DNA of 64,000 nucleotides from a virus. Lineage: Duplodnaviria > Caudoviricetes. The notes under the pieces were generated by a model. The model worked only from the letters and a program-made list of their open reading frames with translations, had not been told where the DNA came from and made no database searches. Position numbers and translations under genes: made by a program. The stretch is taken from positions 1 to 64,000 of IMG/VR virus record IMGVR_UViG_3300026549_000063; one strand, given 5' to 3'. Below, in pieces: positions 51,492-61,491 of this stretch. Position 1 is the stretch's first letter. The number at the start of each line of letters is the position of its first letter.

Positions 51492-51932
51492 ATGTTTAAC
51501 ACCGAAAAGATTATACGACTACTATTATGGATGTCTATACACGATGATAAAAAAGTTCCTAAAGACTACTGGATAAATCCTGATAGATATATAAGACGCC
51601 CTGAATTAGCTTACTTCATTCGTTCTCAGTTATCTTTAGAAGATTACTTAGAAAATCTGGTACGTAATAACGCAATAATTAAACGTACCTCGGAAACTCT
51701 AAATTTAACTTTAGCTACTATAACCGATAGGCTGCTGCAAGCAGCAGCTTATACTGAGCGTGATAAATTTGATGATACCATTGATGATATCTGTTGTGCT
51801 TTTATACGGCTTGAAGAGATACTTAATATCGACTATGTTAAAAATGCTTTAAGCAATGACTTTGCTGGCTGTATAAATAAACTACTTAATTTACCTTCTC
51901 AGCGACTTTTAGACGGCAACTATTTACTTTAG
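51492..51932 (+). CDS. Hypothetical protein between nrdG and nrdD
   Basis: 146 aa, GGAGG RBS. Confidence 0.7.
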   Translation: MFNTEKIIRLLLWMSIHDDKKVPKDYWINPDRYIRRPELAYFIRSQLSLEDYLENLVRNNAIIKRTSETLNLTLATITDRLLQAAAYTERDKFDDTIDDICCAFIRLEEILNIDYVKNALSNDFAGCINKLLNLPSQRLLDGNYLL

Positions 51933-52105
51933 CACTTAGTATACTACTCTGACTGATATCAGTCAGAGTAGTTCTCTATATTCTTTACAATTTTTTGTTA
52001 ATCGGTTCGTCATCTTCTAGTAAGCTTAATGGATAGATTAACTGATTATTATTTATCCTTAATGTAATGTGACCAAACGGTGAAAATATCGAGGTATTTT
52101 AACAA

Positions 52106-55045
52106 ATGGAAAACTTTTTTCAAAACCTCAAAGTAAAGAAGCGCGATGGGCGAATCGTTAATTTTGATGCTGATAAAATCAAGAATGCAGTCAATGCTGC
52201 TGCTAACTCTCTGAAGGTAAGTTTACCAGCAGCTGCTCTGGAGACTATCGTTGAAGACGTATTAGCCAGTATCGCTAAAGATTTTAAGCCTGATACTCCT
52301 TACGATATCGAAAATATTCAGGATAAAGTTGAAGACTCTCTTATTCGTGGTAACTATAGCGAACTTGCTAAGATCTATATCCTGTACCGGGATAACCGAA
52401 CCAGGGCACGCAACACCAACAGCGTTGTCAACAAAACTATCACCGATTTGGTAATGGTTGACAGTAAAGATCTGGATGCTAAGCGTGAAAATGCCAACAT
52501 CAATGGCGACAGCACTATGGGTGCTATGCTCAAGATAGGCGGTACTATCACTAAAGAATATAATCTTAATAATCTGATTAAACCAGAGTACGCTAAGATG
52601 CATCGAGACGGTATCATTCACATTCACGATCTCGATTTCTACGCTCTTACGATGAATTGTTTACAAATACCTCTGGGACAATTACTTGATCATGGATTCG
52701 CTACCGGGCACGGATACCTTCGTACTCCAGCTAGCATTCGCTCAGCTGCTACTTTAGCATGTATCGCTATCCAGAGTAATCAGAACGACATGTTCGGCGG
52801 ACAGGCTATACCTACTCTTGACTATGACCTTGCTCCGTATGTAGCTAAGTCATATGTACGTAATGCATCTAAGTATCTCGAAGCTCACTGTGATTACGAT
52901 TTAGATGTTTTCAAGAATAAGCTAATTAAACCTGCTGATAAATACATCACTAAGCATGGTACTATTCTTGACAGTAACGGCATGGAATTCCTTAACGATT
53001 TAATTGACGGTATTCGCTTTACAGTACACGGTGTCGACTGCGCAGTTAGTCTCTCAAGCCTACACAAATATGCACGCAGAGAAACTGAAAATGATACTTT
53101 CCAAGCTATGGAAGCGATGGTGCACAACCTCTGCACGCTCAACTCCAGATCAGGAGGGCAAGTCCCCTTCTCCAGCGTCAACTTCGGAACCTGCACAACA
53201 GAAGAAGGACGCATGGTTTCTAAGAATTTACTTCTGGCTGTTGATCGCGGCCTTGGCAATGGTGAAACTGCTATTTTTCCAATTTCTATTTTCAAAATGA
53301 AAAAGGGAATCAACGATAGAGGAAGTATCAACTATGATCTCTTCCAGCTAGCGTGCAAGGTCTCAGCCAAGAGATTATTCCCTAATTTTGAGAATGTAGA
53401 CGCTCCGTATAATCTTAAGTATTATAAGCCAGGACATCCTGAAACTGAAATTGCTACCATGGGTGCTATAGCTGAAGGTAAAGTAACTCTCTATACTACT
53501 CATGGTAAAGTCTATACTGGCGATATTTCCGGAGCTGGTAAGTGGCTTATTGATCATAAGTTCACAACTACCGAAGATTACAAGGTATTTGATAAAGATA
53601 CTAAATATCTTGATCTTAAGCCTTTCGTATTTATCAGCGATAGTATTAAAGGCTGCAATACCAAAGTTAAACGTTTCATGATTTTTGATACTAATGAAAC
53701 TACTAAGTGGGTTAGAATATGCTACGCAGTTAACAAGTATGATGTAACTGGTACATTAGTTGGTCATGTTGCTTACAAAGAACTTCTGGTAACTGACGAT
53801 CATCCTCTTCCAGTATTCACTGGAAATATGAAAGAGATGCATAAGAAGAAGTTCACCAGAACTCTGGCTAAGGATCTTAAGAAAGGTAATCTTATTCCAA
53901 CCAACGCTGTAGCAGCTTATGAATTCCCTGGATCTCCTGCTAAGTATGTCATGCTCGAAGTTACTCATATACTTCCTGTAGAAAAAGATATACCTGTACA
54001 TGGATACGATTTCGAAACTGAAAGCGATAGATTCGATGTAGGAAATATTGTAAGCCATAACTGCAGAACCAGAACTATCGGTAACGTTTATGATCCTGAG
54101 CATCAGCAAGTATCCGGCAGAGGTAATCTATTCTTCACTACCCTGAATTTACCTTATCTCGCTCTAGAAGCTAAAGAAGCTAATCCTATCAACACTTATG
54201 ACAAGTTCATGACGCTGGTTGATCAAAATATCGATAAGATCATCGATCTCTCTATTGATCGCATGAAGTTCATCAGCAACCGTAAAGCTAAGAATTATCC
54301 ATTCCTCATGGGTCAGCATCTATATATCGGAAGCGAGGATCTTCTTAGTGAAGACAAAATCGCCGAGGTTCTAAAACAAGGCAGTATGACTCTAGGATTT
54401 ATAGGCTTAGCCGAAACACTTAAAGTATTAACTGGGCACCACCACGGTGAGTCTATTGCCTCCCAGAAAATGGGTATCGCTATAGTTAAGCATATGAGCG
54501 ACCGAATGAAAGAAGCTGCTCAGAAATATAAGCTTAATTTCGCTCTAATGGGTTCACCTGCTGAAGGCTGCACCGGAAGATTACTCAGATTAACCAGAGC
54601 CAGATTCGGAACTATTGAAGGCGTAACCGATCATGAATATCTAACTAATTCCTTCCATGTACCGGTATATTACACTATTTCAGCTTGGGATAAGATTCAG
54701 ACTGAAGCTCCTTATCATCAGTACTGCGATGGTGGTTGTATCAGTTATATTGAGCTTACTGAAGATGCTACTAAGAACCTTAGAGGTTTTGAAGCATTAG
54801 TAACTGCTATGGCCGATGCTGGTATGAATTATTTTGCCATCAATCATCCAGTCGATCGTGATCCGGTTTGCGGCTATGTTGGATATTTCCCTGAGAATAC
54901 TTGCCCTCGGTGCGGAAGACATGAAGGTGAAGGAGTTCCAGTAAGAAAATTACTTTCCTTAAAATCTTACGCTCCAGATCCTGAATATGCTGTTCGTTTT
55001 TCCGATGTCGAACAAGATGAAATGATGTCCAACGAAGTTCTTTAA
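52106..55045 (+). CDS. nrdD: Class III anaerobic ribonucleoside-triphosphate reductase (ATP cone, intein-containing, lacking C-terminal glycyl loop)
   Basis: ATP cone KKRDGR..FD..KI; IHIHDLDFY, NCLQI, QNDMFGGQ, GRGNLFFTTLNLP, EAPYH, GCISY, zinc site DRDPVC...CPRC. Confidence 0.93.
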   Translation: MENFFQNLKVKKRDGRIVNFDADKIKNAVNAAANSLKVSLPAAALETIVEDVLASIAKDFKPDTPYDIENIQDKVEDSLIRGNYSELAKIYILYRDNRTRARNTNSVVNKTITDLVMVDSKDLDAKRENANINGDSTMGAMLKIGGTITKEYNLNNLIKPEYAKMHRDGIIHIHDLDFYALTMNCLQIPLGQLLDHGFATGHGYLRTPASIRSAATLACIAIQSNQNDMFGGQAIPTLDYDLAPYVAKSYVRNASKYLEAHCDYDLDVFKNKLIKPADKYITKHGTILDSNGMEFLNDLIDGIRFTVHGVDCAVSLSSLHKYARRETENDTFQAMEAMVHNLCTLNSRSGGQVPFSSVNFGTCTTEEGRMVSKNLLLAVDRGLGNGETAIFPISIFKMKKGINDRGSINYDLFQLACKVSAKRLFPNFENVDAPYNLKYYKPGHPETEIATMGAIAEGKVTLYTTHGKVYTGDISGAGKWLIDHKFTTTEDYKVFDKDTKYLDLKPFVFISDSIKGCNTKVKRFMIFDTNETTKWVRICYAVNKYDVTGTLVGHVAYKELLVTDDHPLPVFTGNMKEMHKKKFTRTLAKDLKKGNLIPTNAVAAYEFPGSPAKYVMLEVTHILPVEKDIPVHGYDFETESDRFDVGNIVSHNCRTRTIGNVYDPEHQQVSGRGNLFFTTLNLPYLALEAKEANPINTYDKFMTLVDQNIDKIIDLSIDRMKFISNRKAKNYPFLMGQHLYIGSEDLLSEDKIAEVLKQGSMTLGFIGLAETLKVLTGHHHGESIASQKMGIAIVKHMSDRMKEAAQKYKLNFALMGSPAEGCTGRLLRLTRARFGTIEGVTDHEYLTNSFHVPVYYTISAWDKIQTEAPYHQYCDGGCISYIELTEDATKNLRGFEALVTAMADAGMNYFAINHPVDRDPVCGYVGYFPENTCPRCGRHEGEGVPVRKLLSLKSYAPDPEYAVRFSDVEQDEMMSNEVL
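53465..54061 (+). mobile_element. Mini-intein (199 aa) starting with Ala, inserted at MG|C of NrdD
   Basis: Interrupts ATMG|CRTR. N-terminal AIAEG, block B VTDDHPL, block F GYDFET, terminal SHN then Cys+1; no LAGLIDADG motif seen. Confidence 0.85.
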
Positions 55046-55125
55046 TATCTATGCGGTTATAGATTCTATTTCTATAACCGCATATTCCCACTAACCTATT
55101 AACCTCCTGGAGGATTTTGCTACCT

Positions 55126-55290
55126 ATGACCAAAGATACACTTATTGGAACCGGAGTTAATTTCACTCACATCGCTCGTATCACTGGATATCTTGCACGT
55201 ATCGATCGTTTCAACAGCGCCAAGCTGTGTGAAGTCAAAGAGCGTGTTAAGCATAGTCTCAGTGCTCCGCAGGTTGCTAAAGCTGCTTAA
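55126..55290 (+). CDS. Stand-alone NrdD glycyl-radical loop peptide (54 aa), not in the ORF track
   Basis: MTKDTLIGTGVNFTHIARITGYLARIDRFNSAKLCEVKERVKHS...; RITGYL glycyl motif; GGAGG RBS at 55109-55113. Confidence 0.85.
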   Translation: MTKDTLIGTGVNFTHIARITGYLARIDRFNSAKLCEVKERVKHSLSAPQVAKAA

Positions 55291-55448
55291 TTAACTAAGG
55301 TTTTTTATCAAGGTCAATAGTCAGGAGGTTTTCATACCTCCTGACTTACTAACTATATATAGTGTGAAATGCCAATATTTTATGACTGCATCTAAGCCAG
55401 TACTGATATATTGGCTAGATATCAAAACTAATCTTCGAGGATTTTCAA

Positions 55449-56528
55449 ATGGCCGATACACTTATGTCAGATGCAAAAACTACGTTATCCGACATAGTTA
55501 ACACTATGCACGATATTTCTGACTCTACTAACTCATCGCTATTCAGATTTGTTAAAAGATCAACAGTTATCAGTAGGGTTTACATAGATAACACTCTAGC
55601 CAATGAAGAAATTATAACGCCTATCATGCTTAACGTCATGGATCTGTACGTTGGTCTTATCATGACTGCGCTCAATCTCAATAGTTATATACAGGGATGC
55701 ACCCGTGTACGTGACGTATTATCCACTGTAGCTACTGAAGACTTTAAGCCTGTAACTAATATTCACAAAGAACTTGATAAATATTTCGCTCTTAAAGGTG
55801 CTGCAGCCATGCCTGCCATGGAAGACGATGCTGTAAGAACTGCCGAGCTCAGTAAAACTTCCAGTGTTCAGCCTCTTCCAGTTGGTCGTGTAGTAGACGT
55901 TAAAATGTCCGGGACGGATAAAGACGGCAATCCTAGCAAAGGCAGCAATGTTCAGGTACTTGTACAGCTTCACCCGATGTTCGTTCCGCCTGAGGTATCT
56001 GCTCAGTTCATTGCCATGAACTTTAAGCCTTCATTCTCACAGCGTTGGCTGCAGATGACTTCTGGAGAGATTTCATTCTGGAGTGACTTCCTTCTGGGTA
56101 ATGATCTTAGACGCCAGAAGTATAACGCTATGCGTAAAGATAAGAACGGCGTTCTTAAGGATATGGAAGACCGTAGGTCTAACGCGGTTTCTAACCTGTG
56201 GCTTAAGTTACTCGGAGTTGAGCCTGATAGGCAGAATATTGCTAACACTATTCTTATTTACGAAAGTAAGAACTTTAAGAAAGCCTGCAGCAACTCAGGT
56301 ATTAACTTCCAGAATTACAGCAGTAGACAGAAGTTCTTCGAAGCTACTATGTCCATGATAGTTATCTCTGTTGATATCATGTACAGCAAGATCAGTATGT
56401 ACTATAACGGCATCAACACTTCCAGTGAGCTTACCTTCGATCAGTGCAAGCGTAACTCCAAGACTGAAGGCGTTGACATCATGACCATGATGAAACAGTA
56501 TGCTCAGGGTATGGCACCGAAGTTCTAA
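55449..56528 (+). CDS. Conserved phiKZ-like virion protein
   Basis: 359 aa; A-T-E and A-M-E candidate protease sites; upstream TATGAC late-type motif. Confidence 0.6.
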   Translation: MADTLMSDAKTTLSDIVNTMHDISDSTNSSLFRFVKRSTVISRVYIDNTLANEEIITPIMLNVMDLYVGLIMTALNLNSYIQGCTRVRDVLSTVATEDFKPVTNIHKELDKYFALKGAAAMPAMEDDAVRTAELSKTSSVQPLPVGRVVDVKMSGTDKDGNPSKGSNVQVLVQLHPMFVPPEVSAQFIAMNFKPSFSQRWLQMTSGEISFWSDFLLGNDLRRQKYNAMRKDKNGVLKDMEDRRSNAVSNLWLKLLGVEPDRQNIANTILIYESKNFKKACSNSGINFQNYSSRQKFFEATMSMIVISVDIMYSKISMYYNGINTSSELTFDQCKRNSKTEGVDIMTMMKQYAQGMAPKF

Positions 56529-56546
56529 TCAGGGAGATTTTAATAA

Positions 56547-57530
56547 ATGCTATTATTAACTAAGATAGCTAAGTCTATCAGCGATTGGCGCAATAAAAAT
56601 CGTATTGCGCATCTAAAACGTTCCGACGTTGAAGATATCATCGATCAGAATATCAAACTACATTCTGATATTGGAACTACTCTTAAGGACTTCACCACTC
56701 AGGAGATGAATGACTGGATGACTAACAAAGTCAGACCTGCTCTTGATGCATCTCACGATGAATTCCATACCTGTCTTGATGAGTACTACAAATATCTGGG
56801 CAATACTGCTATGTCAGCTGAAAGGAAATGCCCGTTATCCAGTATCCGCTCAGCTAATTCTATCTACGCTAAGATACTAGCTGAGATTAAGCCTAAGCTT
56901 GATGACTTCATCCAGAAGGAAACTGTAGACATCTACGAAACCAAGATGAGTGGTCTAGCTGTTCTTGGTATGCTAAGAGACAGTAACCTTATAGCTAACT
57001 ACAGCATGTATCTGTTCACTTATCTTACCCGTATCAGTAACGGTACTGCTGATGGTATTCCTAGGTATCGTAATGTATTCCTTATGGAGAATGCCGAGAA
57101 AGCTGGTAAGATAGTTTCTATGGTACTTGAACATAGAGGAGACTATAACTTCCTTGACGACGTATCCCGTATGCGTCAACAAGGTGCTGATTTAGTACTC
57201 GGTGTAGATAACAAGATAGACTTCGATCAGCGTGCGGCTATGCACTTCTATCCCAGCGATATGCTTGACTCTCTCCTTGGAGCTCTATCACACCTTAACC
57301 TGTTCGATGCTATCGGTAATGCCTGGATATCCTACAAGGTTAGCAAGAATAATAAGATCAAAGAGTCTCGTGAATGGATGATTAACCACGTAGCTATCAT
57401 TCGTATGGAATTAGCCAATAAGGATCAGTCTAGTCCTGAGTACACTAAACTGCTTAACGTTGTTAAAGCGTACGATGCTAAGATAGCTGAATACGATAAA
57501 GAAATTCATGACTTTGAAGATGGAGACTAA
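56547..57530 (+). CDS. Putative virion protein
   Basis: 327 aa helical, GGAG RBS, operonic with 55449. Confidence 0.55.
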   Translation: MLLLTKIAKSISDWRNKNRIAHLKRSDVEDIIDQNIKLHSDIGTTLKDFTTQEMNDWMTNKVRPALDASHDEFHTCLDEYYKYLGNTAMSAERKCPLSSIRSANSIYAKILAEIKPKLDDFIQKETVDIYETKMSGLAVLGMLRDSNLIANYSMYLFTYLTRISNGTADGIPRYRNVFLMENAEKAGKIVSMVLEHRGDYNFLDDVSRMRQQGADLVLGVDNKIDFDQRAAMHFYPSDMLDSLLGALSHLNLFDAIGNAWISYKVSKNNKIKESREWMINHVAIIRMELANKDQSSPEYTKLLNVVKAYDAKIAEYDKEIHDFEDGD

Positions 57531-57533
57531 TCT

Positions 57534-58526
57534 ATGCAACTCTTTGACGTGATGAGGCCTGCTGGTCCTATGGCTGGTTGCCAGGACGATATCGCTCATT
57601 TATCCATGCATAGAGATATCGTCCTCATCGAGTTACTTAAACAGGCTGATATACGTAATACTACACTGTTCATCGCAGCGCAGTATGCTAATATGTTCAA
57701 TACGGTCTGGAAAGATAACCCTGCACTTATCCATCAGTACTTCAGTACTCATCAGCGTGAACTTTCTATGTTCATCAAGATGAAGATGGATCGTGTAGTT
57801 AACCGGTTACTTGATCAGGCTAGCAGATTTAGCACTAACAGTAGATTCCTAAGTACTGTTGAACTGGATGCAGCTACTGCAGCATCTATCGACAACATGC
57901 TCAGCGAACTCAAGAATAGAGCTAACGATAAGGATATCAGTACTGCACTGATCACTACTACCGATGATTTACTCGCCGGTAAACCAGTAATAAGAACTGG
58001 TATCCTTACTGATTTAGAAGTATTCGAAATAGCTATCCGTGGTAATAAAGAAGCGTATAAAGCTAATGAGCAAAACTATAACTGGAGAAATCATCCGACT
58101 ACCCAGTTACCTTTGCTCATAACCGAGCTGTACAATACATTAACCGGAATAGTACGCAATGTAAGATATAAATCAGCTAACGTCTGCTACAATTACAAAG
58201 AGTGGGCTACACTACTAAGTATCATTTACATGCTCTATACTGATCCGCATTACTACAGAGACTTTACTGACGAAGCTATATGGCTATCAGACAAAATACC
58301 TCCTGGAGAAGGGATACCTCCTGAAGAAAGGAATCCATATGTTAATATGTTTACTGGATTTACTCCTGAGGAAGCTATCTGTGACTGTGGCCATCTTGGT
58401 GTAACTGTAGAGTCATATGAGAAAACCCACAGAGGTATACGTGAACGTAATGATAACCCGTTGGTTAAAGCTTATCTGCAGCTTCAGTACGCAGTGAACA
58501 GATGTAGCACTCCTTCTCTTGAATAA
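57534..58526 (+). CDS. Hypothetical (putative virion) protein
   Basis: 330 aa, operonic; followed by a 34-bp palindromic terminator (58531-58564). Confidence 0.6.
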   Translation: MQLFDVMRPAGPMAGCQDDIAHLSMHRDIVLIELLKQADIRNTTLFIAAQYANMFNTVWKDNPALIHQYFSTHQRELSMFIKMKMDRVVNRLLDQASRFSTNSRFLSTVELDAATAASIDNMLSELKNRANDKDISTALITTTDDLLAGKPVIRTGILTDLEVFEIAIRGNKEAYKANEQNYNWRNHPTTQLPLLITELYNTLTGIVRNVRYKSANVCYNYKEWATLLSIIYMLYTDPHYYRDFTDEAIWLSDKIPPGEGIPPEERNPYVNMFTGFTPEEAICDCGHLGVTVESYEKTHRGIRERNDNPLVKAYLQLQYAVNRCSTPSLE

Positions 58527-58647
58527 ACTCTAGGTAGGCTCTGGGATATCCCAGAGCCTACCTATTTATTTTTCATTTTACTAATATTTATATATTACTA
58601 ATGTGTGATAGTTGTAACTTCTACAACTGTATAACAGGGAGAGAATT

Positions 58648-59433
58648 ATGCTAGACAAAAATGAATTGCAGAAACTGATTGAGGCACCCCTTGAGGAAAA
58701 ATGCTTCATCACCGATCCGTTTCCGGCAGATAACGGAGTGTCTCAGCGGTTCCAGGTTGTTAAGAAATATGATCCGAAATTAGTCAACCCGGATCTCTGT
58801 GGTCTCTGCGAGTACCTCAAAGATTCGCATGGAATGAGACGAGTTCTTGTTGTTGTTCTTTTGCCGAAAGATAAGCCAATCGATTTCAGTAATGAAGTCA
58901 GACGAAACGAACTCGGTGCTATTATCTGTCATGAATTTGGTCACGCTGCGCAGTATTTAGCAGGAAAGTCAAAATACAAATCAATAAGGCCTCATGCATA
59001 TGCACTTGTAGATGATAGTGAAAAGGATGCTGATACTCATGCATTCCTTTGCGGTTATGGAAAGGCTATGGTTAGCCACTTCAAGCGTATATTAGCTGAG
59101 AAAAAAGACGATGAGATGTGGCATATTCATAATGCAGACGTACCTATGCGCATTCGTGGGCTCGAGTACTTATTAAAAGAATCAACAGTAACCAAAGAAG
59201 AGGGTACCAGACGTTATGGCAGATATGTTATCGACTGCCATAGAAGAATACTAAGTTATACCTTAGCTTGCAGTAATGGCAACTTCACGCGAGTAAGGTG
59301 GAAAATCAGATCAATCACTTTCGGAGAAGAAAACATAATAAGCGTTGATTTATTCGGAAGAATAAGCGGTAATCGTATTTGGGACGAATTCAAACATATC
59401 GTTGCTTTTCGGAACGAATATGAATTTGTTTAG
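58648..59433 (+). CDS. Early zincin-like metallopeptidase domain protein
   Basis: IICHEFGH ... SEKDADTHAFLCGYG; promoter TATATATTAC at 58589. Confidence 0.65.
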   Translation: MLDKNELQKLIEAPLEEKCFITDPFPADNGVSQRFQVVKKYDPKLVNPDLCGLCEYLKDSHGMRRVLVVVLLPKDKPIDFSNEVRRNELGAIICHEFGHAAQYLAGKSKYKSIRPHAYALVDDSEKDADTHAFLCGYGKAMVSHFKRILAEKKDDEMWHIHNADVPMRIRGLEYLLKESTVTKEEGTRRYGRYVIDCHRRILSYTLACSNGNFTRVRWKIRSITFGEENIISVDLFGRISGNRIWDEFKHIVAFRNEYEFV

Positions 59434-59436
59434 GAG

Positions 59437-60048
59437 TTGACTATGAGTGACATGAGGAAAATGATTAAAGCCAAGAAAAAAGAAGCTTGGCTTAGGAAGA
59501 TGGCTATCGTAGCTCTTGATCAGCACGCAAGAATGGCTAGAGCCCAGCATATTTCAGAGAAAGATTTTGTGTCTGCGCCATTCGACACCACGTTCAATGG
59601 CAAGAATCTTATCGACGACGATAAGCTGGTCTACTATAAAGTCAAAGCTTGGCAAAAAGCGTTCAAGGAACCGGTTCTTAATCTTGCTAATTTCAACACC
59701 GATGCTGACAAAGCTGAAGGCAAGATTATAGGTTCCTGGAATCGTCTCACTAGTGTAGCTGCTAACACCCTGTCTAACTGGGCTAAGGCTGGTGCTGACT
59801 ATCAGAAATGGATGCGTGAATTCCATTTTGAATCTCAGCGCGATTACGGTTTCCAACTCGCTATGGAAGAATGTCATACTTTCTGGTACACTGATGATTT
59901 ATGGCATGCCATTAAGACAGCGTGCAAGATTCATTGTCAGTACGGCAGAGGAGCTCTCTTCTTTGTCAGGCTTGATGAACTGTCACTGGATCTTAATCAC
60001 AAGAACGACATGAGAATTTGGGAGCAGTTTTACGGAGGTACAAAGTAA
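59437..60048 (+). CDS. Hypothetical protein
   Basis: 203 aa, AGGAG RBS, operonic. Confidence 0.7.
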   Translation: MTMSDMRKMIKAKKKEAWLRKMAIVALDQHARMARAQHISEKDFVSAPFDTTFNGKNLIDDDKLVYYKVKAWQKAFKEPVLNLANFNTDADKAEGKIIGSWNRLTSVAANTLSNWAKAGADYQKWMREFHFESQRDYGFQLAMEECHTFWYTDDLWHAIKTACKIHCQYGRGALFFVRLDELSLDLNHKNDMRIWEQFYGGTK

Positions 60049-60050
60049 TC

Positions 60051-60596
60051 ATGGCAAAGAAAACAACGGAACTTCCTGCATCCGAAGAGTCTAATGATCA
60101 ACTTTCGGGTGCAGTAGATCGTGTTGCGAAAGCCCTAGACGAAGGGCTAGCTAGGGTAGAAGAAGAAATGGACACTACCTTTCGTATAATGGACGTACAC
60201 AAAGATGGTTTAAGAGACGTCATAGCAGAAACTATCGATAGTATCCCCGAAGAATATGAAAAGCGTGGTGCTTGTCGGTGGTACCTCAGAGAGTATTACG
60301 AGATGACTGTATGGATCCTCTCTAATTATCTCGCGAAAGGTATATCGCGTATCCGCGGAAGAACTTATGACCATTACGGTGATCCTGACAAAATCATCGA
60401 GGTTCTTCAGTACGCTATGTACGATGAGCTAATCAATGATGACTTTCCTGAAGGAGCCTATCAGAGTGCTGAGTACGCATTCAAACGAAACAACGACGAG
60501 ATGGGATTCAGAATCAGGGTAGAGAAATTCAAAGCGGAATTACTAAAGTTCATGTATTGCTGTGCCAAAGATCTCTATGAGCATTACCACAAGTAA
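60051..60596 (+). CDS. Hypothetical acidic protein
   Basis: ATG at 60051 after GGAGG; terminator follows at 60622-60652. Confidence 0.7.
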   Translation: MAKKTTELPASEESNDQLSGAVDRVAKALDEGLARVEEEMDTTFRIMDVHKDGLRDVIAETIDSIPEEYEKRGACRWYLREYYEMTVWILSNYLAKGISRIRGRTYDHYGDPDKIIEVLQYAMYDELINDDFPEGAYQSAEYAFKRNNDEMGFRIRVEKFKAELLKFMYCCAKDLYEHYHK

Positions 60597-60753
60597 CTGT
60601 TAGTATAATCTTTAACTGTGTAGAGTACTGGTCTGCAGGCCAGTACTCTTTTATCTCAAAAGTTCATCATTTTTTCGATTATATATCATTTAAGTGCAAA
60701 GGATGGATTGTGTTGTTTGCAGTCCTATTTATCAACTAACATAGGAGTAAACT

Positions 60754-61404
60754 ATGAATTTTGAAATCGTTAACTACCACGATCTTATGTCATGGTATTC
60801 TGATGCTGCTGACGATGCAGCTCAGGATCTCGCCTTTGAGTTCATCGGCCAGATGGTCCGTGACGGCGACGATACTACCGTCCCTACCATCATGTACATT
60901 GACCAGGCCAAGAAGTTCTACGGGCTTGGACTGGGATTCTTCACCATCAGCGACGAGCAGAAACTCGGCCGTTGCATCAAGGCATGGAAGCGTGCCTATG
61001 AGGCTTACTACGCTCCCGACGACGGCACTGATGAAGAAGCTCCTGAGAGCCCTGAAGAGGCTACTGCCAACCGGGCAGATGCCTGGGACGAGTTCATCTC
61101 GGCTTACATGGAAGCTGAGAAGTACTACGCTGAGTGTGCCAAGAACCTGTTCAAAGACTTCATCACTAAGCCTGAGCTTGGTGGTGACGAAGTCATGGCG
61201 GCAATAGCAGCACGCCGCTATTTCGACCAGGCACTCCTGGCAACAGATGTATACTCTGCTCTCATGCACGCCGACCAGATACACACTGGTAAATCTCACC
61301 TGTTCATGAACAGGATGATTGCATTCATGGCGGGTAAGGCAAGACGGTGTGATGCCAAGGTGCTCGAGTGGTATAAAGAGTTTAAGAAAGCTGATGCTAA
61401 GTAG
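60754..61404 (+). CDS. Early acidic hypothetical protein
   Basis: 216 aa, AGGAG RBS, promoter TATATATCAT at 60680, GC-richer codons. Confidence 0.8.
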   Translation: MNFEIVNYHDLMSWYSDAADDAAQDLAFEFIGQMVRDGDDTTVPTIMYIDQAKKFYGLGLGFFTISDEQKLGRCIKAWKRAYEAYYAPDDGTDEEAPESPEEATANRADAWDEFISAYMEAEKYYAECAKNLFKDFITKPELGGDEVMAAIAARRYFDQALLATDVYSALMHADQIHTGKSHLFMNRMIAFMAGKARRCDAKVLEWYKEFKKADAK

Positions 61405-61491
61405 TATCTAGCCAGCTTTAACCTATTGGGTAGTGGTAGCGAGTGGGGGCGCTGCTGCTACCTTTCTTTTTGGATTATGGGAGAATGAATT

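Noticed and set aside
53465-54061. Class 3 intein or homing-endonuclease intein
   Set aside because: Block F4 is Asp rather than Cys, there is no block B Trp, and 199 aa leaves no room for a LAGLIDADG domain.
55045-55126. nrdD as a pseudogene truncated by a nonsense mutation
   Set aside because: The missing part is intact, has its own RBS, and nrdG is complete; a functional split is more parsimonious.
60761-61299. Overlapping alternative-frame ORFs (60761..61207 +, 60790..61299 -) and similar short track ORFs inside long genes
   Set aside because: By-products of codon bias; they lack RBSs and recognisable motifs.
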